In this document: piece by piece, positions 28,916-39,212 of the stretch
Layout of the letters: every line of letters starts with the position of its first letter
Position numbering within the stretch: the first letter of the stretch is position 1
Assembly (NCBI GenBank): GCA_963677925.2
Contig: CAXXYH010000003.1
Coordinates: 832,001 to 896,000 of the forward strand
Reading direction: 5' to 3'
DNA: 64,000 nucleotides
DNA from: Spirochaetia bacterium
GTDB taxonomy: Bacteria; Spirochaetota; Spirochaetia; UBA9216
Program-made: the position numbers and the translations under genes
The notes under the pieces: model-generated
Seen by the model: only the letters and a program-made list of their open reading frames with translations
Told to the model about the DNA's origin: nothing
The model's database searches: none

Positions 28916-29653
28916 TTGAGTAAAATTATAGAAATATCAGGACTATACACTGCAGAGGAAGTCTGTGAGGAATCGGGAAGCACAATTCCACAGCTCGAGA
29001 CATGGACCGGCGAAGGGTTCATAGAGGCTGAAGGATATACCGAAGAAGGCGAAGCCCTTTATTCATCGGATAGTCTTAACGCAGCTGTTCATTTGAAAAA
29101 AATGACGGAACTTGGTTATGATAAAATCGAACTCAAAAAAATAATAAAGAAAATTGGCTTTCCGGGGAGTTCACCTAAAGATACTGAAAAAAACCGGAAA
29201 AATACAAAATATCTCACTGTCGGAACATTATCAGAAAAAACCGGAATAAGTCCCCGGACCCTGAAGCACTGGGAGGAAAAGGGGATAATAGCACCCGATC
29301 TAAGAAGCCGCGGCGGTTTTCGAATGTACAGGGATTATTATGTTTTCCTGTGCAGTCTTATCCGGGATCTTCAGCTCTTCGGCTACAGTCTGGATGAAAT
29401 CAAAGATATATCCGACTACTTCAGAGATTTTATTGCGATAGAAAACGGAACAGATTCGTACAGCACTAACGAAAAGAATGAGCGACTTTTATTGATGGAA
29501 GAGGAAATAAGCAGACTCTTTATAAAGACTGATGAACTTAAAAAAGGAATAAAGCGCTGGGAGGATCTACTACGCAAAAAATCAAAACAGATTACTCTGC
29601 TCAAAAACAGTACCGTAAAAAAAAATAAATCAGAGGAAAACAATGAAAACTGA
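28916..29653 (+). CDS. MerR-family regulator with two tandem MerR HTH domains
   Basis: Second domain YLTVGTLSEKTGISPRTLKHWEEKGII.P..RSRGGFRMY, with a degenerate copy at the N-terminus. TTG start at 28916 after GAGGT. Confidence 0.85.
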   Translation: MSKIIEISGLYTAEEVCEESGSTIPQLETWTGEGFIEAEGYTEEGEALYSSDSLNAAVHLKKMTELGYDKIELKKIIKKIGFPGSSPKDTEKNRKNTKYLTVGTLSEKTGISPRTLKHWEEKGIIAPDLRSRGGFRMYRDYYVFLCSLIRDLQLFGYSLDEIKDISDYFRDFIAIENGTDSYSTNEKNERLLLMEEEISRLFIKTDELKKGIKRWEDLLRKKSKQITLLKNSTVKKNKSEENNEN

Positions 29654-30893
29654 TTATAATAATGATTTTATCAGCCTTACAAAAAACTTTTCTGTAAATT
29701 CAGGAAAAACACGTGTAGAACTTGACGGACATATCCCCATGGAATTTCTCAGTCTCCCCTTTAAAAGTTCTGCAACCTGGGTTTACCCTGAAAATAATGA
29801 TTACACAGAGAACAACAGTTCATTTAATTCCCTTCTCCGCTACTACTGCAGCAACAACCGCTACAGCAATGAACTGATATTCAATAATCTTGAAAAACCT
29901 GATTCTGCCATTGAGGAAAACAGCAGGTTCAGGATTCCCGTCTTTAAACCCGAGAAATGCGACGGAAGCAGATTTATAATTCTGCTTCATGGTTTAAATG
30001 AAAAAATGTGGACGAAATATCTGCCGTGGGCATTCAGTCTGGCAGAGCAGACCGGGCATCCGGTACTGATGTTCCCGATAGCCTTCCACATGGACAGAGC
30101 TCCGGAAGTATGGGCAAAGCCGAGGGAGATGAACCACGTAGCCGACGAAAGAAAGAAGATTGTACCGCTTGAAAATGAAACAAGCTTTATAAATGCAGCA
30201 CTGAGCCATAGAATTCAGTTTGCCCCTCACCGCTTCTTCTCTGCCGGCATGAACACCTACTACGACATAATAGAACTCATTGATGCTATCAGACAGGGAG
30301 CCTACCCTTTTATTGACCGAAACGCAGTGCCGGATATTTTCTCGTATTCCATAGGAGCTTCACTTTCGGAAGTACTGATAACCGGAAACAGCAGAAACTA
30401 TTTTGACGATTCAAAACTTTTTATGTTCTGCGGAGGAGCAGCGCTTGATACTGCCAATCCGGTATCCAAAACTATAATTGACGGCGAAGCATACCGGGAA
30501 CTGTTCAGATGGCTTAAAACACTTTTCTCCTCTGTTTTCGATTTCGGCAGACAGCAGCAGAATATTTTCTCCCTGGATAATCAGGAGACCAGATGTTTCA
30601 AGAGTTTTCTCTTCTTTGATCGGATGCAGAGCTTCAGGGAAGAAGCCCTTAAAAAGGTTTCAAAACAGATAAAAGGCCTCTGCCTGCTGAAGGACAGGGT
30701 TTTTCCACCGGATATTACTGCACAGACTCTCAGCGGAGAAAACGCGGATATAGGAATAGATTTTATTCAAACCGATTTCCCGTTTGAGTACAGGCATGAA
30801 GACCCTTTTCCGCTGACCAGGGATGATAAAGAGGCTGTAAACTTCAGTTTTCAGCAGACTATGAGTCAGGCAGCCGATTTTTTTCAATCCTGA
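29643..30893 (+). CDS. Alpha/beta hydrolase-like protein (DUF6051-like)
   Basis: LLHGLNE..W.KYLPWA, FPIAFHMDRAP, SYSIG nucleophile elbow, HEDPFP. Overlaps the merR stop. Confidence 0.7.
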   Translation: MKTDYNNDFISLTKNFSVNSGKTRVELDGHIPMEFLSLPFKSSATWVYPENNDYTENNSSFNSLLRYYCSNNRYSNELIFNNLEKPDSAIEENSRFRIPVFKPEKCDGSRFIILLHGLNEKMWTKYLPWAFSLAEQTGHPVLMFPIAFHMDRAPEVWAKPREMNHVADERKKIVPLENETSFINAALSHRIQFAPHRFFSAGMNTYYDIIELIDAIRQGAYPFIDRNAVPDIFSYSIGASLSEVLITGNSRNYFDDSKLFMFCGGAALDTANPVSKTIIDGEAYRELFRWLKTLFSSVFDFGRQQQNIFSLDNQETRCFKSFLFFDRMQSFREEALKKVSKQIKGLCLLKDRVFPPDITAQTLSGENADIGIDFIQTDFPFEYRHEDPFPLTRDDKEAVNFSFQQTMSQAADFFQS

Positions 30894-30954
30894 TCCCCAT
30901 CTTTCCTTTACTTTGGAACTGTTCATGTATATTTTTACTATATAGGAGCAGTAA

Positions 30955-32943
30955 ATGAGTTCAGAAGAAGAAAAAGAGGACAGGATAAATATGTCCGATA
31001 AGAAAAAAGATAAGGACAAGGAAAAAGGATGCTGGAACGACGACTGCGACAAGAAAGGCGGTCCGCAACACGAACCCTCATTTTTTAAATTTACCAAGGG
31101 TCAATTCCATTTTTCAATATGGTATTTTGTCGCGGCAATAGTGCTGATGATGATCATAAATTCATTCTTCACAAGCAACACCTCGGAGGTTATAACCTTC
31201 AGTGAGTTCAAGAGCAAGATTGAATCAAATGAGATTACCCGTGTGACAATGGGTACTGATTACTACACAGGTTATACAGTTACAGAGTCAACAACTACGA
31301 CAAATTCGATGTACAACAGTCTGACCGGAGGAGCAAATACCGGTATTTACAGAACCGTTCCTGTAGATGATCCCGGATTTGTGGAGCTGCTTGACAGCAA
31401 GGGTGTAAGCTACAGCGCAAACTCTGAAAGAACAGGCAATATTATCAGCATGCTTTTCAGCTGGATAATCCCTTTCGTTTTTATAATCATTATCTGGCGG
31501 GCAATGTTCAGCAAGATGGGCAATCCCGGCTCAGGAGTAATGAGTTTCGGGAAGAATAATGCAAAGCTGATTGCAGAAGGAGACACCGGAACAACATTTG
31601 ATGATGTCGCCGGAGCCGATGAAGCAAAGGAAGAGCTGGAGGAGATCGTAGATTTCCTGAAAAATCCGAAGAAGTATACCGATATCGGCGGAAAAATACC
31701 CAAGGGAGTTCTGCTGGTAGGTTCTCCGGGTACTGGTAAAACTCTTCTTGCAAGGGCTGTTGCCGGTGCGGCAGAGGTCCCATTCTTCAGGATAAGCGGT
31801 GCCGACTTTGTTGAAATGTTCGTTGGTGTGGGTGCCGCACGTGTTAGAGACCTGTTCAAACAGGCAAGGGAAAAAGCACCCTGTATAATCTTCATTGACG
31901 AACTTGATGCAATCGGCAAGAGCCGTCTAAATGTAGCCTCCGGAAACGATGAGCGTGAACAGACACTCAACCAGCTGCTTGTTGAAATGGACGGATTCAG
32001 CGCAAAATCGGGAGTAATTATTCTCGGCGCGACAAACAGACCCGAGGTTCTTGATGCAGCCCTTCTGCGCCCGGGCCGTTTTGACCGTCAGGTTGTAGTT
32101 GACAAGCCTGATTTAACCGGACGTGAGGCCATCCTCAACATACATGCAAAAGATGTAAAGATGGACAAGGATGTGGACCTTCACGAGATAGCAAAGGCGA
32201 CCTCTGGCTTTGTAGGGGCAGACCTGGCAAATATAATCAATGAAAGTGCGCTTCTTGCAGTAAGAGCCGGCAGAAAAAAAGTCGGGCAGAAAGACCTTGA
32301 AGAGGCTATTGAGAAAACAATTGCCGGTCTGCAGAAGAAGAGCAAGAGAATAAATCCGCATGAGCGCAGGATTGTTGCCTATCATGAGACCGGGCACGCG
32401 CTTACTGCTGCATTTACACCAGGCTCCGACCCTGTACAGAAGATAACAATCATCCCGCGCGGAATAGGAGCCCTGGGCTACACCCTTCAGACACCTACTG
32501 AAGACCGCTTTCTTATGACAAAGGAAGAGCTTCTCGGCAAAATTGATGTTCTTCTGGGCGGCAGGGCAGCCGAACAGATAACCTTCGGAGAAGTTTCCAC
32601 AGGCGCAGCCAACGATATAACAAGAGCAACTGATATTGCCCGCAGCCTGATTACCGAATACGGGATGAGCGACCGCTTTGAGAATGTTGTTCTGACAAAG
32701 AGGGGTGCGACCTTCCTTGGGCAGGAATCAATGATGAGTCAGCGGGAATATTCCGAGACTACCCAGCAGTATGTTGATGATGAAATTGCAAAGATCATCA
32801 ATGACCGCTATAAAAAAATTCTTAACCTGCTTCAGGAAAAAAAGGATGTACTGGAAAAAATTTCAGTAAGACTTCTTGATGTTGAGACTATTTCATCCAA
32901 AGAGTTCCACGAACTTGCGGGAGTTACTCAGCAGGAGGACTGA
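30955..32943 (+). CDS. ftsH: ATP-dependent zinc metalloprotease FtsH
   Basis: Two TMs, [30 protein letters not shown] zinc motif. Confidence 0.97.
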   Translation: MSSEEEKEDRINMSDKKKDKDKEKGCWNDDCDKKGGPQHEPSFFKFTKGQFHFSIWYFVAAIVLMMIINSFFTSNTSEVITFSEFKSKIESNEITRVTMGTDYYTGYTVTESTTTTNSMYNSLTGGANTGIYRTVPVDDPGFVELLDSKGVSYSANSERTGNIISMLFSWIIPFVFIIIIWRAMFSKMGNPGSGVMSFGKNNAKLIAEGDTGTTFDDVAGADEAKEELEEIVDFLKNPKKYTDIGGKIPKGVLLVGSPGTGKTLLARAVAGAAEVPFFRISGADFVEMFVGVGAARVRDLFKQAREKAPCIIFIDELDAIGKSRLNVASGNDEREQTLNQLLVEMDGFSAKSGVIILGATNRPEVLDAALLRPGRFDRQVVVDKPDLTGREAILNIHAKDVKMDKDVDLHEIAKATSGFVGADLANIINESALLAVRAGRKKVGQKDLEEAIEKTIAGLQKKSKRINPHERRIVAYHETGHALTAAFTPGSDPVQKITIIPRGIGALGYTLQTPTEDRFLMTKEELLGKIDVLLGGRAAEQITFGEVSTGAANDITRATDIARSLITEYGMSDRFENVVLTKRGATFLGQESMMSQREYSETTQQYVDDEIAKIINDRYKKILNLLQEKKDVLEKISVRLLDVETISSKEFHELAGVTQQED

Positions 32944-33808
32944 AGCAGTCCCAGAACGCCCTGAGGAGGGGCGATCCGAGCCGCCGCTGCAGAACACATA
33001 TTCCTACAGAATAGGGTTCCAGCGGCGGTTTTATTTCTATTGTATCTACATTTACTTCAAACGGCCGTTTTTCCACAACAAGCTCTGGAACAACCCCGGC
33101 ACCATAACCAAGACTGACCATGGCAAGAATGGCTTCATTTCCCGAAACCTGAGCGTAAATATTGGGTTTTATGCCTCTGCTGCGGAACCATTTTTCAACC
33201 CTCGTTCTTGCAAGCTCTCTTTCGGGCAGAATCATCGGGACATCTTCCCAGGGAACGTCTTCACAGGGCATACCGCTGTAAGTCCAGTTCTCTGCAGGAA
33301 CTATAAACACAAGAGGAGTTTTCCGAATTTCCGTAAACCCGATATTCTGCGACAGTCTGTCCGGTTTTGCGGCAATTGCTATATCAGCTCTTCCGTCCAT
33401 CACGTTCTGAACGGCCATTGAGGCCTCTCCGGTTTTAACTCGTATATGAATTTCAGGATACCTTCTGCGAAGAACGGCAAGAACATCAGGAAGGATGCTG
33501 TAGCAGGCGGTTACTGAACAGTAGAGACTAAGCTCTCCTTTCAAAACGGTCTTTTCTTCAAGCAGGTCCTCTTTCAGTTCCCGCCACATTCCGGTAACCC
33601 CGGCAGCATACTCTGCGAAGCGGCGTCCTGCAGGCGTCATGGTTACTGCACGGTTATCACGCTCAAAAAGCTGCTGTCCAAGTTCATCTTCAATCCGCTG
33701 GATCTGGCGGCTGAGCGCTGAACGGCTTATATTGCAGATCTGGCTGGTTCTGCCGAAATGTAGGGTTTCTGCAAGGGTAAGAAAAAGGTTTAGAGAATAC
33801 TGATCCAT
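32924..33808 (-). CDS. ilvY: LysR-type regulator IlvY
   Basis: HFGRTS..CNISRSALSRQIQRIE, LFERDNRAV, GELSLYCSVTACYS, IYAQVSGNEAILAMVSLG, PLLRAFW, as in IlvY. Start at ATG 33808. Confidence 0.85.
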   Translation of the reverse strand: MDQYSLNLFLTLAETLHFGRTSQICNISRSALSRQIQRIEDELGQQLFERDNRAVTMTPAGRRFAEYAAGVTGMWRELKEDLLEEKTVLKGELSLYCSVTACYSILPDVLAVLRRRYPEIHIRVKTGEASMAVQNVMDGRADIAIAAKPDRLSQNIGFTEIRKTPLVFIVPAENWTYSGMPCEDVPWEDVPMILPERELARTRVEKWFRSRGIKPNIYAQVSGNEAILAMVSLGYGAGVVPELVVEKRPFEVNVDTIEIKPPLEPYSVGICVLQRRLGSPLLRAFWDCFSPPAE

Positions 33809-33816
33809 GGTGCGCC

Positions 33817-34983
33817 TCAGTAAAGGGCTGTATGCCACAGGGACGGAGGAGGAAGTTCAATCATACCGCTTTGGAAAATTCTGTCCGTATCAGGCTCAAA
33901 ATATCGGACTGTTGAACTGAAGACAAGTGCGGGAAGCCTTTTCCAGCGTTCAGCGAAATACCGGTCAAGACTGTAGCTGTCTATTCTGCCCCACTGCTCA
34001 CCGCCTTCCTCAAGAAAGAAGACAGTGCTGTACAAAGCTCCGGAATCTTCACCAGAATCAATGACTATAAATTTAACTTCATAACCGGCACGTTTTAAAA
34101 TATCATAGAAAAACATTGAATAATCGGTATTATCCCCCTTACGGAGGACAAAGAAGTCTTCCGGAAGCATAACCATTCCATCATCGGGTTGTTTAAGAGA
34201 AATTCCGGTAACAGTATTAAACAGGTTTGTAATAAAATCACCTTCCATTCCCATAATACGGTATACAAAAGAATAAATTTCATCACCGGCATGATGAAAC
34301 TTGCGGTATTCGTAAAGTTCAGGATGCTCCAGAACACCTGAACTCGATACTGCAAGTCCCAGCTGGTTGAGAACCCCAAGACCGTCACGTACACCAAGCA
34401 TTGGCTGGAATGTGCTGCCTATTACAGTGGCAGAAAGCATTGCCTCAATAAAATCCGGTTTACCGTCCCGGGGGGCAAGTACATCCTCTGCCTCATAAAT
34501 CTTAAGACTGTAGTTGTCCGAAAAATCACGGAGCACAGCACCGGCAAGGTATGAATTGTCCGGATAAGCGTCATTAATTACAGGCTCAATTATATCAAGA
34601 TTATGTTCAAAACCGAATTTAACAGAGAAGCCGTATTGATCCCAGGTAAAAGTATACATATAGTCATTACCGTAGGACTCTCTGGAAATAACAGAGCCTT
34701 CAACAAGAATAAAATCACGCTTTTCAAGCAGTACTTCAACAGCATCCTTTACAGAAGCATCTATCATGACACAGGTACTGATACCTTCATCACCTTTTAC
34801 AGGAAGAGTTTCAGCCCTGTCAAAATCATTCAGGGGAACACTTATAACGGAGGCTCTTGATGAAGCCCGTCCAAGCATAGCCTCTGAGGCTGATTTGTAC
34901 ACAGAAACATAATCAGGAGCCGCAAAAAGCAGCGCAGAAGGGAAAATTAACATCAGAAGAATCTTTCCGGGTAATGATTTCAT
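33817..34983 (-). CDS. Secreted hypothetical protein with a degenerate transglutaminase-like C-terminal domain
   Basis: Signal peptide; PEDFFVLRKGDNTDYSMFFYDILKRAGY resembles the GDCxDYA motif but has no Cys. Confidence 0.5.
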   Translation of the reverse strand: MKSLPGKILLMLIFPSALLFAAPDYVSVYKSASEAMLGRASSRASVISVPLNDFDRAETLPVKGDEGISTCVMIDASVKDAVEVLLEKRDFILVEGSVISRESYGNDYMYTFTWDQYGFSVKFGFEHNLDIIEPVINDAYPDNSYLAGAVLRDFSDNYSLKIYEAEDVLAPRDGKPDFIEAMLSATVIGSTFQPMLGVRDGLGVLNQLGLAVSSSGVLEHPELYEYRKFHHAGDEIYSFVYRIMGMEGDFITNLFNTVTGISLKQPDDGMVMLPEDFFVLRKGDNTDYSMFFYDILKRAGYEVKFIVIDSGEDSGALYSTVFFLEEGGEQWGRIDSYSLDRYFAERWKRLPALVFSSTVRYFEPDTDRIFQSGMIELPPPSLWHTALY

Positions 34984-35046
34984 ATTTTGTTATTATAATC
35001 CAAAACCTGCACTCTAAAAAGCGGTTTTCTTTTCCGATAAAGAATT

Positions 35047-36678
35047 ATGGAAAAGATAAAAACAGATGCGGATATACTTAAAGAAAAAACAATTGCTGTA
35101 GCGTCAGGTAAGGGCGGAGTCGGAAAAACAACCACCTGTGTAAACCTGGCCGTCTTTTTTGCCCGTTCCGGAAAGAAGACAGCACTGCTTGATCTGGATC
35201 CGCTTTCTGATATAGCCACCCTTCTGGATATTCATGAATCAGAGGCAGTGCTAAAGAAATCCGGTTCAAATCGAATCAGTATAAATGTCCTTCCAAATCT
35301 TGATCTTATCTTTCCGGACAGTAAAGCTGAAAAAGCTGCCGGTGATTTCTATGATAATTTTCTTGAAATCACGGGAACTCTTGAACGCAAATACGACAGG
35401 CTAATTCTGGACCTTCCCGCAGGAAGTCTTTATGAGGAAAACCTTGTTTTCCTCAAGCACAGCAGAAGACTTATCGTCGTAACCAATGATGAACCGACAT
35501 CTCATGCAGCATCAGGAGCATACATTAAAAAGGCCGTTGAAAGCGGTATTGAGATTGAGTATCTGCTTTGGCACAACAAGTACAGCGGGATTACCACCGC
35601 AGGCTTTGACCCCGGCGATCTTCCCGGAAACTACAACCGTAATGTTCCAGAGGAGGATCAGTTTGACTTTGACACGGTCACGATGAATGACATTGCATTC
35701 ATCCCCAATGACCCGGCAATGGACCTGCTGCAGAGCACCCCCTCACTGACAGTAAATATCCTGGCTCAGATGAGTGAACGGATAGACTTCCTGATGGAGG
35801 AAAGAATCAACGAAATAAGCTACACTGCCGAACTCCCGGCACAGGCAGGTTCACTTATCAAACATTTCATCCATCTGAATCCATACATCAGCAATATAGA
35901 AAAATACTATGCAAAGCTTTCCGAATATATATATGTAATCCTTGAAACGAAGGTTCTCAGTTCCGCCGCCGGAGACTACATGAAATCAGTCCGTGAAGGC
36001 GGTATCAATCTATTCACCGAGGAAGAACGGACAGCAGTAACAGATCTGCTGAAACGGACCTCGGAAGACGGCCTGATGTCAGATCTGGTCAACACTGCAG
36101 GGCTGGTCAGAAAGACAATGGATGGACTGGGTAATGAAAACCGTCTGTTTTACAGCGGAAACAGCAGCTCGGCACTGAAAGCTGTGGACAGAAGAATCAG
36201 TATGCTGCTTGCCAGGCTTCATGATGAACGGAATAATCACAGCGCGTATATAGTAAACACTGCAGGCCTTCTGCTCTTTGATTTTTCACTTCTGAAACTT
36301 CTCTCATCCCCCACAGTTGCAGGTATTATCACTGGTTTTATTCCAAACCGGAAAAATTCGAGGGGGCAAACCGTCCGAGATAAACACAGTCAGATTCTGC
36401 AGCTGATAAACGAAGAGAAAAGCTACAAAAGCTCCTATATAAAGCTTCTTAATACCCTATTTCCTGTTATTCTGAAGCAGACGGCGGCAATTGTAGAAAC
36501 ATTCGGAACCGCAGGCCTTCTGTTCAGAGACAGCAGCGGTATAAAGAAGGATGTTTACCTGAAACTGCTCTCAACTTTTCTGCACAATACAGTAAACAGC
36601 GGTCTCGGAGTTATTGTCGGATTCCCATTCCGGCCCGCATCCTCAGCCTTTGAGAAGGCTGCTACTAGATTGGCATAA
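35047..36678 (+). CDS. MinD/FlhG-like P-loop ATPase with a large insertion
   Basis: [40 protein letters not shown]; 543 aa. Confidence 0.8.
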   Translation: MEKIKTDADILKEKTIAVASGKGGVGKTTTCVNLAVFFARSGKKTALLDLDPLSDIATLLDIHESEAVLKKSGSNRISINVLPNLDLIFPDSKAEKAAGDFYDNFLEITGTLERKYDRLILDLPAGSLYEENLVFLKHSRRLIVVTNDEPTSHAASGAYIKKAVESGIEIEYLLWHNKYSGITTAGFDPGDLPGNYNRNVPEEDQFDFDTVTMNDIAFIPNDPAMDLLQSTPSLTVNILAQMSERIDFLMEERINEISYTAELPAQAGSLIKHFIHLNPYISNIEKYYAKLSEYIYVILETKVLSSAAGDYMKSVREGGINLFTEEERTAVTDLLKRTSEDGLMSDLVNTAGLVRKTMDGLGNENRLFYSGNSSSALKAVDRRISMLLARLHDERNNHSAYIVNTAGLLLFDFSLLKLLSSPTVAGIITGFIPNRKNSRGQTVRDKHSQILQLINEEKSYKSSYIKLLNTLFPVILKQTAAIVETFGTAGLLFRDSSGIKKDVYLKLLSTFLHNTVNSGLGVIVGFPFRPASSAFEKAATRLA

Positions 36679-36781
36679 ACTTTAGTAGTATTTTAATCTA
36701 AACTTTCATTCTCATACTTCTGATCTCCACTGCCCGGGTATATAATATTTTCTATAAAACCTAAGTCAGGGGGGGCTTATC

Positions 36782-37825
36782 ATGTTAAAAAAATTATCTA
36801 TCATCGTTGTTATTACTATAATACTGTTTTCATCCTGTTTTCTCGAAGCACCGTCTTCAGTGCTCGGCACATTAGAACTTAACCTTGATTATTCAGGCAG
36901 CCGCGGAACTACGCTTTTATACGGACTGGAAGAGGGAGACGTTACATATTTAACTATAGCTTTTACCGGAGCTGAAGATTTCACTCATACCTACACAACA
37001 GCTGAAGCGGCTGCCGGAATCGAAATGCTTCCAGGAGCATACACTGCTACAGTTACAGGTTATGATGCAGATCCCGCTGCAGCCGGAGTTGCAATTGTTA
37101 CCGGAAGTATTGCTGAGTTTACAATAACGACCGGAGCTTCGACAGCCGCCTCGGCAACACTTGCAGCAACTGCAGACAGCACCGGTACTATAAATCCAAT
37201 AACTGTTAGCTGGACTGGTTCAGGAATCACAGTTGCCGCAGCTTCAGCTTCGTTAACATTGATATCTACAGGAACCGCAGAGCTGAACGGTGCACTGGTT
37301 ACCACCAATATGGCAAGCGGATCTGTAACGTACAGTAACACCGGCCTGGCAGGCGCAGGAATTACTTCAGGGGATTATCTTTTTACAATTGAACTCACAG
37401 ACTCAGACAGCAACACTTTATCATATTCAACAGTAGTACAGGTTCGGGACAATATTGTAACCTCCGGTACAATTTCATTCGACTATGAAGACTTTGTCGG
37501 AGACACAACAGGAACAGTTAATATTACACTCTCTGTGAATACTCCTACCGACGAGACTTTGACCTTTACTTCAGACGGAAGCACCGCACTTGCAGATGAC
37601 ACTGTATATGATATCAGCAATGGAGATACGGTCAGCGTCTTTGTAGAAAGCGGTTATGATTCTTACACATGGTCAGTAACCGGTGTAGACCTGAGCGCAA
37701 GTACAGGCAACAATACCTCATTTGCGGCTTCAGCACTAAGTGCCGGCGTGTACCATCTAACAGTCTACGTTCAAAGCAGCGGCGCATACTATTCAGACAC
37801 TCTCAGATTTATTGTGGTTGACTAG
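36782..37825 (+). CDS. Thr/Ser-rich beta-sandwich surface lipoprotein
   Basis: LFSSC lipobox; acidic, no Lys in the mature part, beta-strand periodicity. Confidence 0.7.
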   Translation: MLKKLSIIVVITIILFSSCFLEAPSSVLGTLELNLDYSGSRGTTLLYGLEEGDVTYLTIAFTGAEDFTHTYTTAEAAAGIEMLPGAYTATVTGYDADPAAAGVAIVTGSIAEFTITTGASTAASATLAATADSTGTINPITVSWTGSGITVAAASASLTLISTGTAELNGALVTTNMASGSVTYSNTGLAGAGITSGDYLFTIELTDSDSNTLSYSTVVQVRDNIVTSGTISFDYEDFVGDTTGTVNITLSVNTPTDETLTFTSDGSTALADDTVYDISNGDTVSVFVESGYDSYTWSVTGVDLSASTGNNTSFAASALSAGVYHLTVYVQSSGAYYSDTLRFIVVD

Positions 37826-37855
37826 CAGGGCGTAATTAGAGAAACTGTTTTAACT

Positions 37856-38560
37856 ATGATAAAACGAACTGCTGCCACAGTACTAACTGTATTTATGATA
37901 ATTATTTCAGCCTCATGCATGGGCGGTGAATCCGCCCTGCCCGGAGGCATTGGTCTCGACTTTACAATTGATACAGACAGCTGTTCACGTTTTGCTACAA
38001 TTTCACCCGAACTTGCAATATCGCAGTACAGGGTTTCATTTATCTCTTTCAACGGAGAAGCCGTCTCCGAAGAGGATCAGATATTTGCCGGAACATCAGG
38101 AGCTCTTCTTCTGGACCACGGCACCTGGGTGATTCAGGCAAGTGCAGAACTGGCGGATGAAACCGCAGTAGCCGAATCTGCGGAGATATCTGTTGATGTT
38201 GTTGCAGGGACTACATCCGAGCAGACCATTACACTTGAACTACTCAATACAACCGGCGAACTCAGCATCAGCCTCGAGACATCAGGATTGTCGGTACTTT
38301 CAGTCACTGGAGTAAACTGGAGTCTCTACAAGGGCCTTACGAGCCCGACAACCCTTGTAGATGGTGCGGCAATAACTGCCCCTTACGCAATGACTTATAC
38401 CGGAGACAGCGGTACGGACTACAGGCTTTCCGCTTCGATTACAGCCGAGGACAGCGGATCCGTATCATACACTGCGGTATTCGAAGGGATAGTTCATGTT
38501 TTCGGAAACCTTACAACAACCGGCACTATTGCCGTTTCCGACTCTGACTTCATAGACTAA
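37856..38560 (+). CDS. Surface lipoprotein, paralogous to the upstream gene
   Basis: ISASC lipobox; shares segments with the upstream ORF, e.g. VHVFGNLTTTGTI vs VQVRDNIVTSGTI. Confidence 0.7.
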   Translation: MIKRTAATVLTVFMIIISASCMGGESALPGGIGLDFTIDTDSCSRFATISPELAISQYRVSFISFNGEAVSEEDQIFAGTSGALLLDHGTWVIQASAELADETAVAESAEISVDVVAGTTSEQTITLELLNTTGELSISLETSGLSVLSVTGVNWSLYKGLTSPTTLVDGAAITAPYAMTYTGDSGTDYRLSASITAEDSGSVSYTAVFEGIVHVFGNLTTTGTIAVSDSDFID

Positions 38561-38627
38561 CAAGTGTTTATACACCCTCTTAAAATTCAAACAATATATT
38601 AATATTTTCTTAACAATTTCTATTGCC

Positions 38628-38686
38628 ACCCAATATATAGCGTGATAAAATTGGCAGACTATTGGATGAAGCACTATATATAGTGG
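38628..38686. promoter_or_regulatory. Tandem NrdR boxes
   Basis: ACCCAATATATAGCGT (38628-38643) and GCACTATATATAGTGG (38671-38686) match acaCwAtATaTwGtgt and lie upstream of nrdR-nrdD. Confidence 0.88.
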
Positions 38687-38740
38687 ACAAAATTCCGATA
38701 ATAATAACAGACAGTACTATTAAAGATCAGGATTTTTTAA

Positions 38741-39196
38741 ATGAGATGTCCGCGGTGCGGAGAAGATAACGACAGAGTTCTGGAATCAAGACAGTCAGCA
38801 ACGGCCAATTCAATCAGAAGAAGGCGCGAGTGTCTGTCATGTTCATACAGGTTCACCTCCTACGAACGGATTGAGGAACAGCCGCTGATGGTTATTAAAA
38901 GAAGCGGTGTGCGGGAACCCTTTGATATCAGCAAGATAGCCAGAGGTCTTGAACGCTCTCTTGAAAAACGTCCTGTTCCTGCAGAAACTGTTGCAGAAAT
39001 ACTGACATCGATAGAAGACGAAGCCTATATGCTGGGTAAAAGCAGTCATGAGGTTTCAGCCGAGGCTCTCGGCGAACTGGCACTGGAAAAACTTTACAGC
39101 ATAGACAGTGTTGCCTATGTAAGGTTTGCATCAGTCTACAGGAAATACGCCGATGTTCAGCAGTTCGTCGATGAGATAAAAAAGTTAAAATTCTAA
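38741..39196 (+). CDS. nrdR: Transcriptional repressor NrdR
   Basis: CPRC...RRRRECLSC.YRFTSYE zinc ribbon, ATP cone, VAYVRFASVY. Confidence 0.97.
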   Translation: MRCPRCGEDNDRVLESRQSATANSIRRRRECLSCSYRFTSYERIEEQPLMVIKRSGVREPFDISKIARGLERSLEKRPVPAETVAEILTSIEDEAYMLGKSSHEVSAEALGELALEKLYSIDSVAYVRFASVYRKYADVQQFVDEIKKLKF

Positions 39197-39212
39197 AACT
39201 CGGGGGGGAGAA

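Noticed and set aside
38589-38604. Third NrdR-box-like sequence AAACAATATATTAATA
   Set aside because: Right half lacks the conserved G and the region is very AT-rich.
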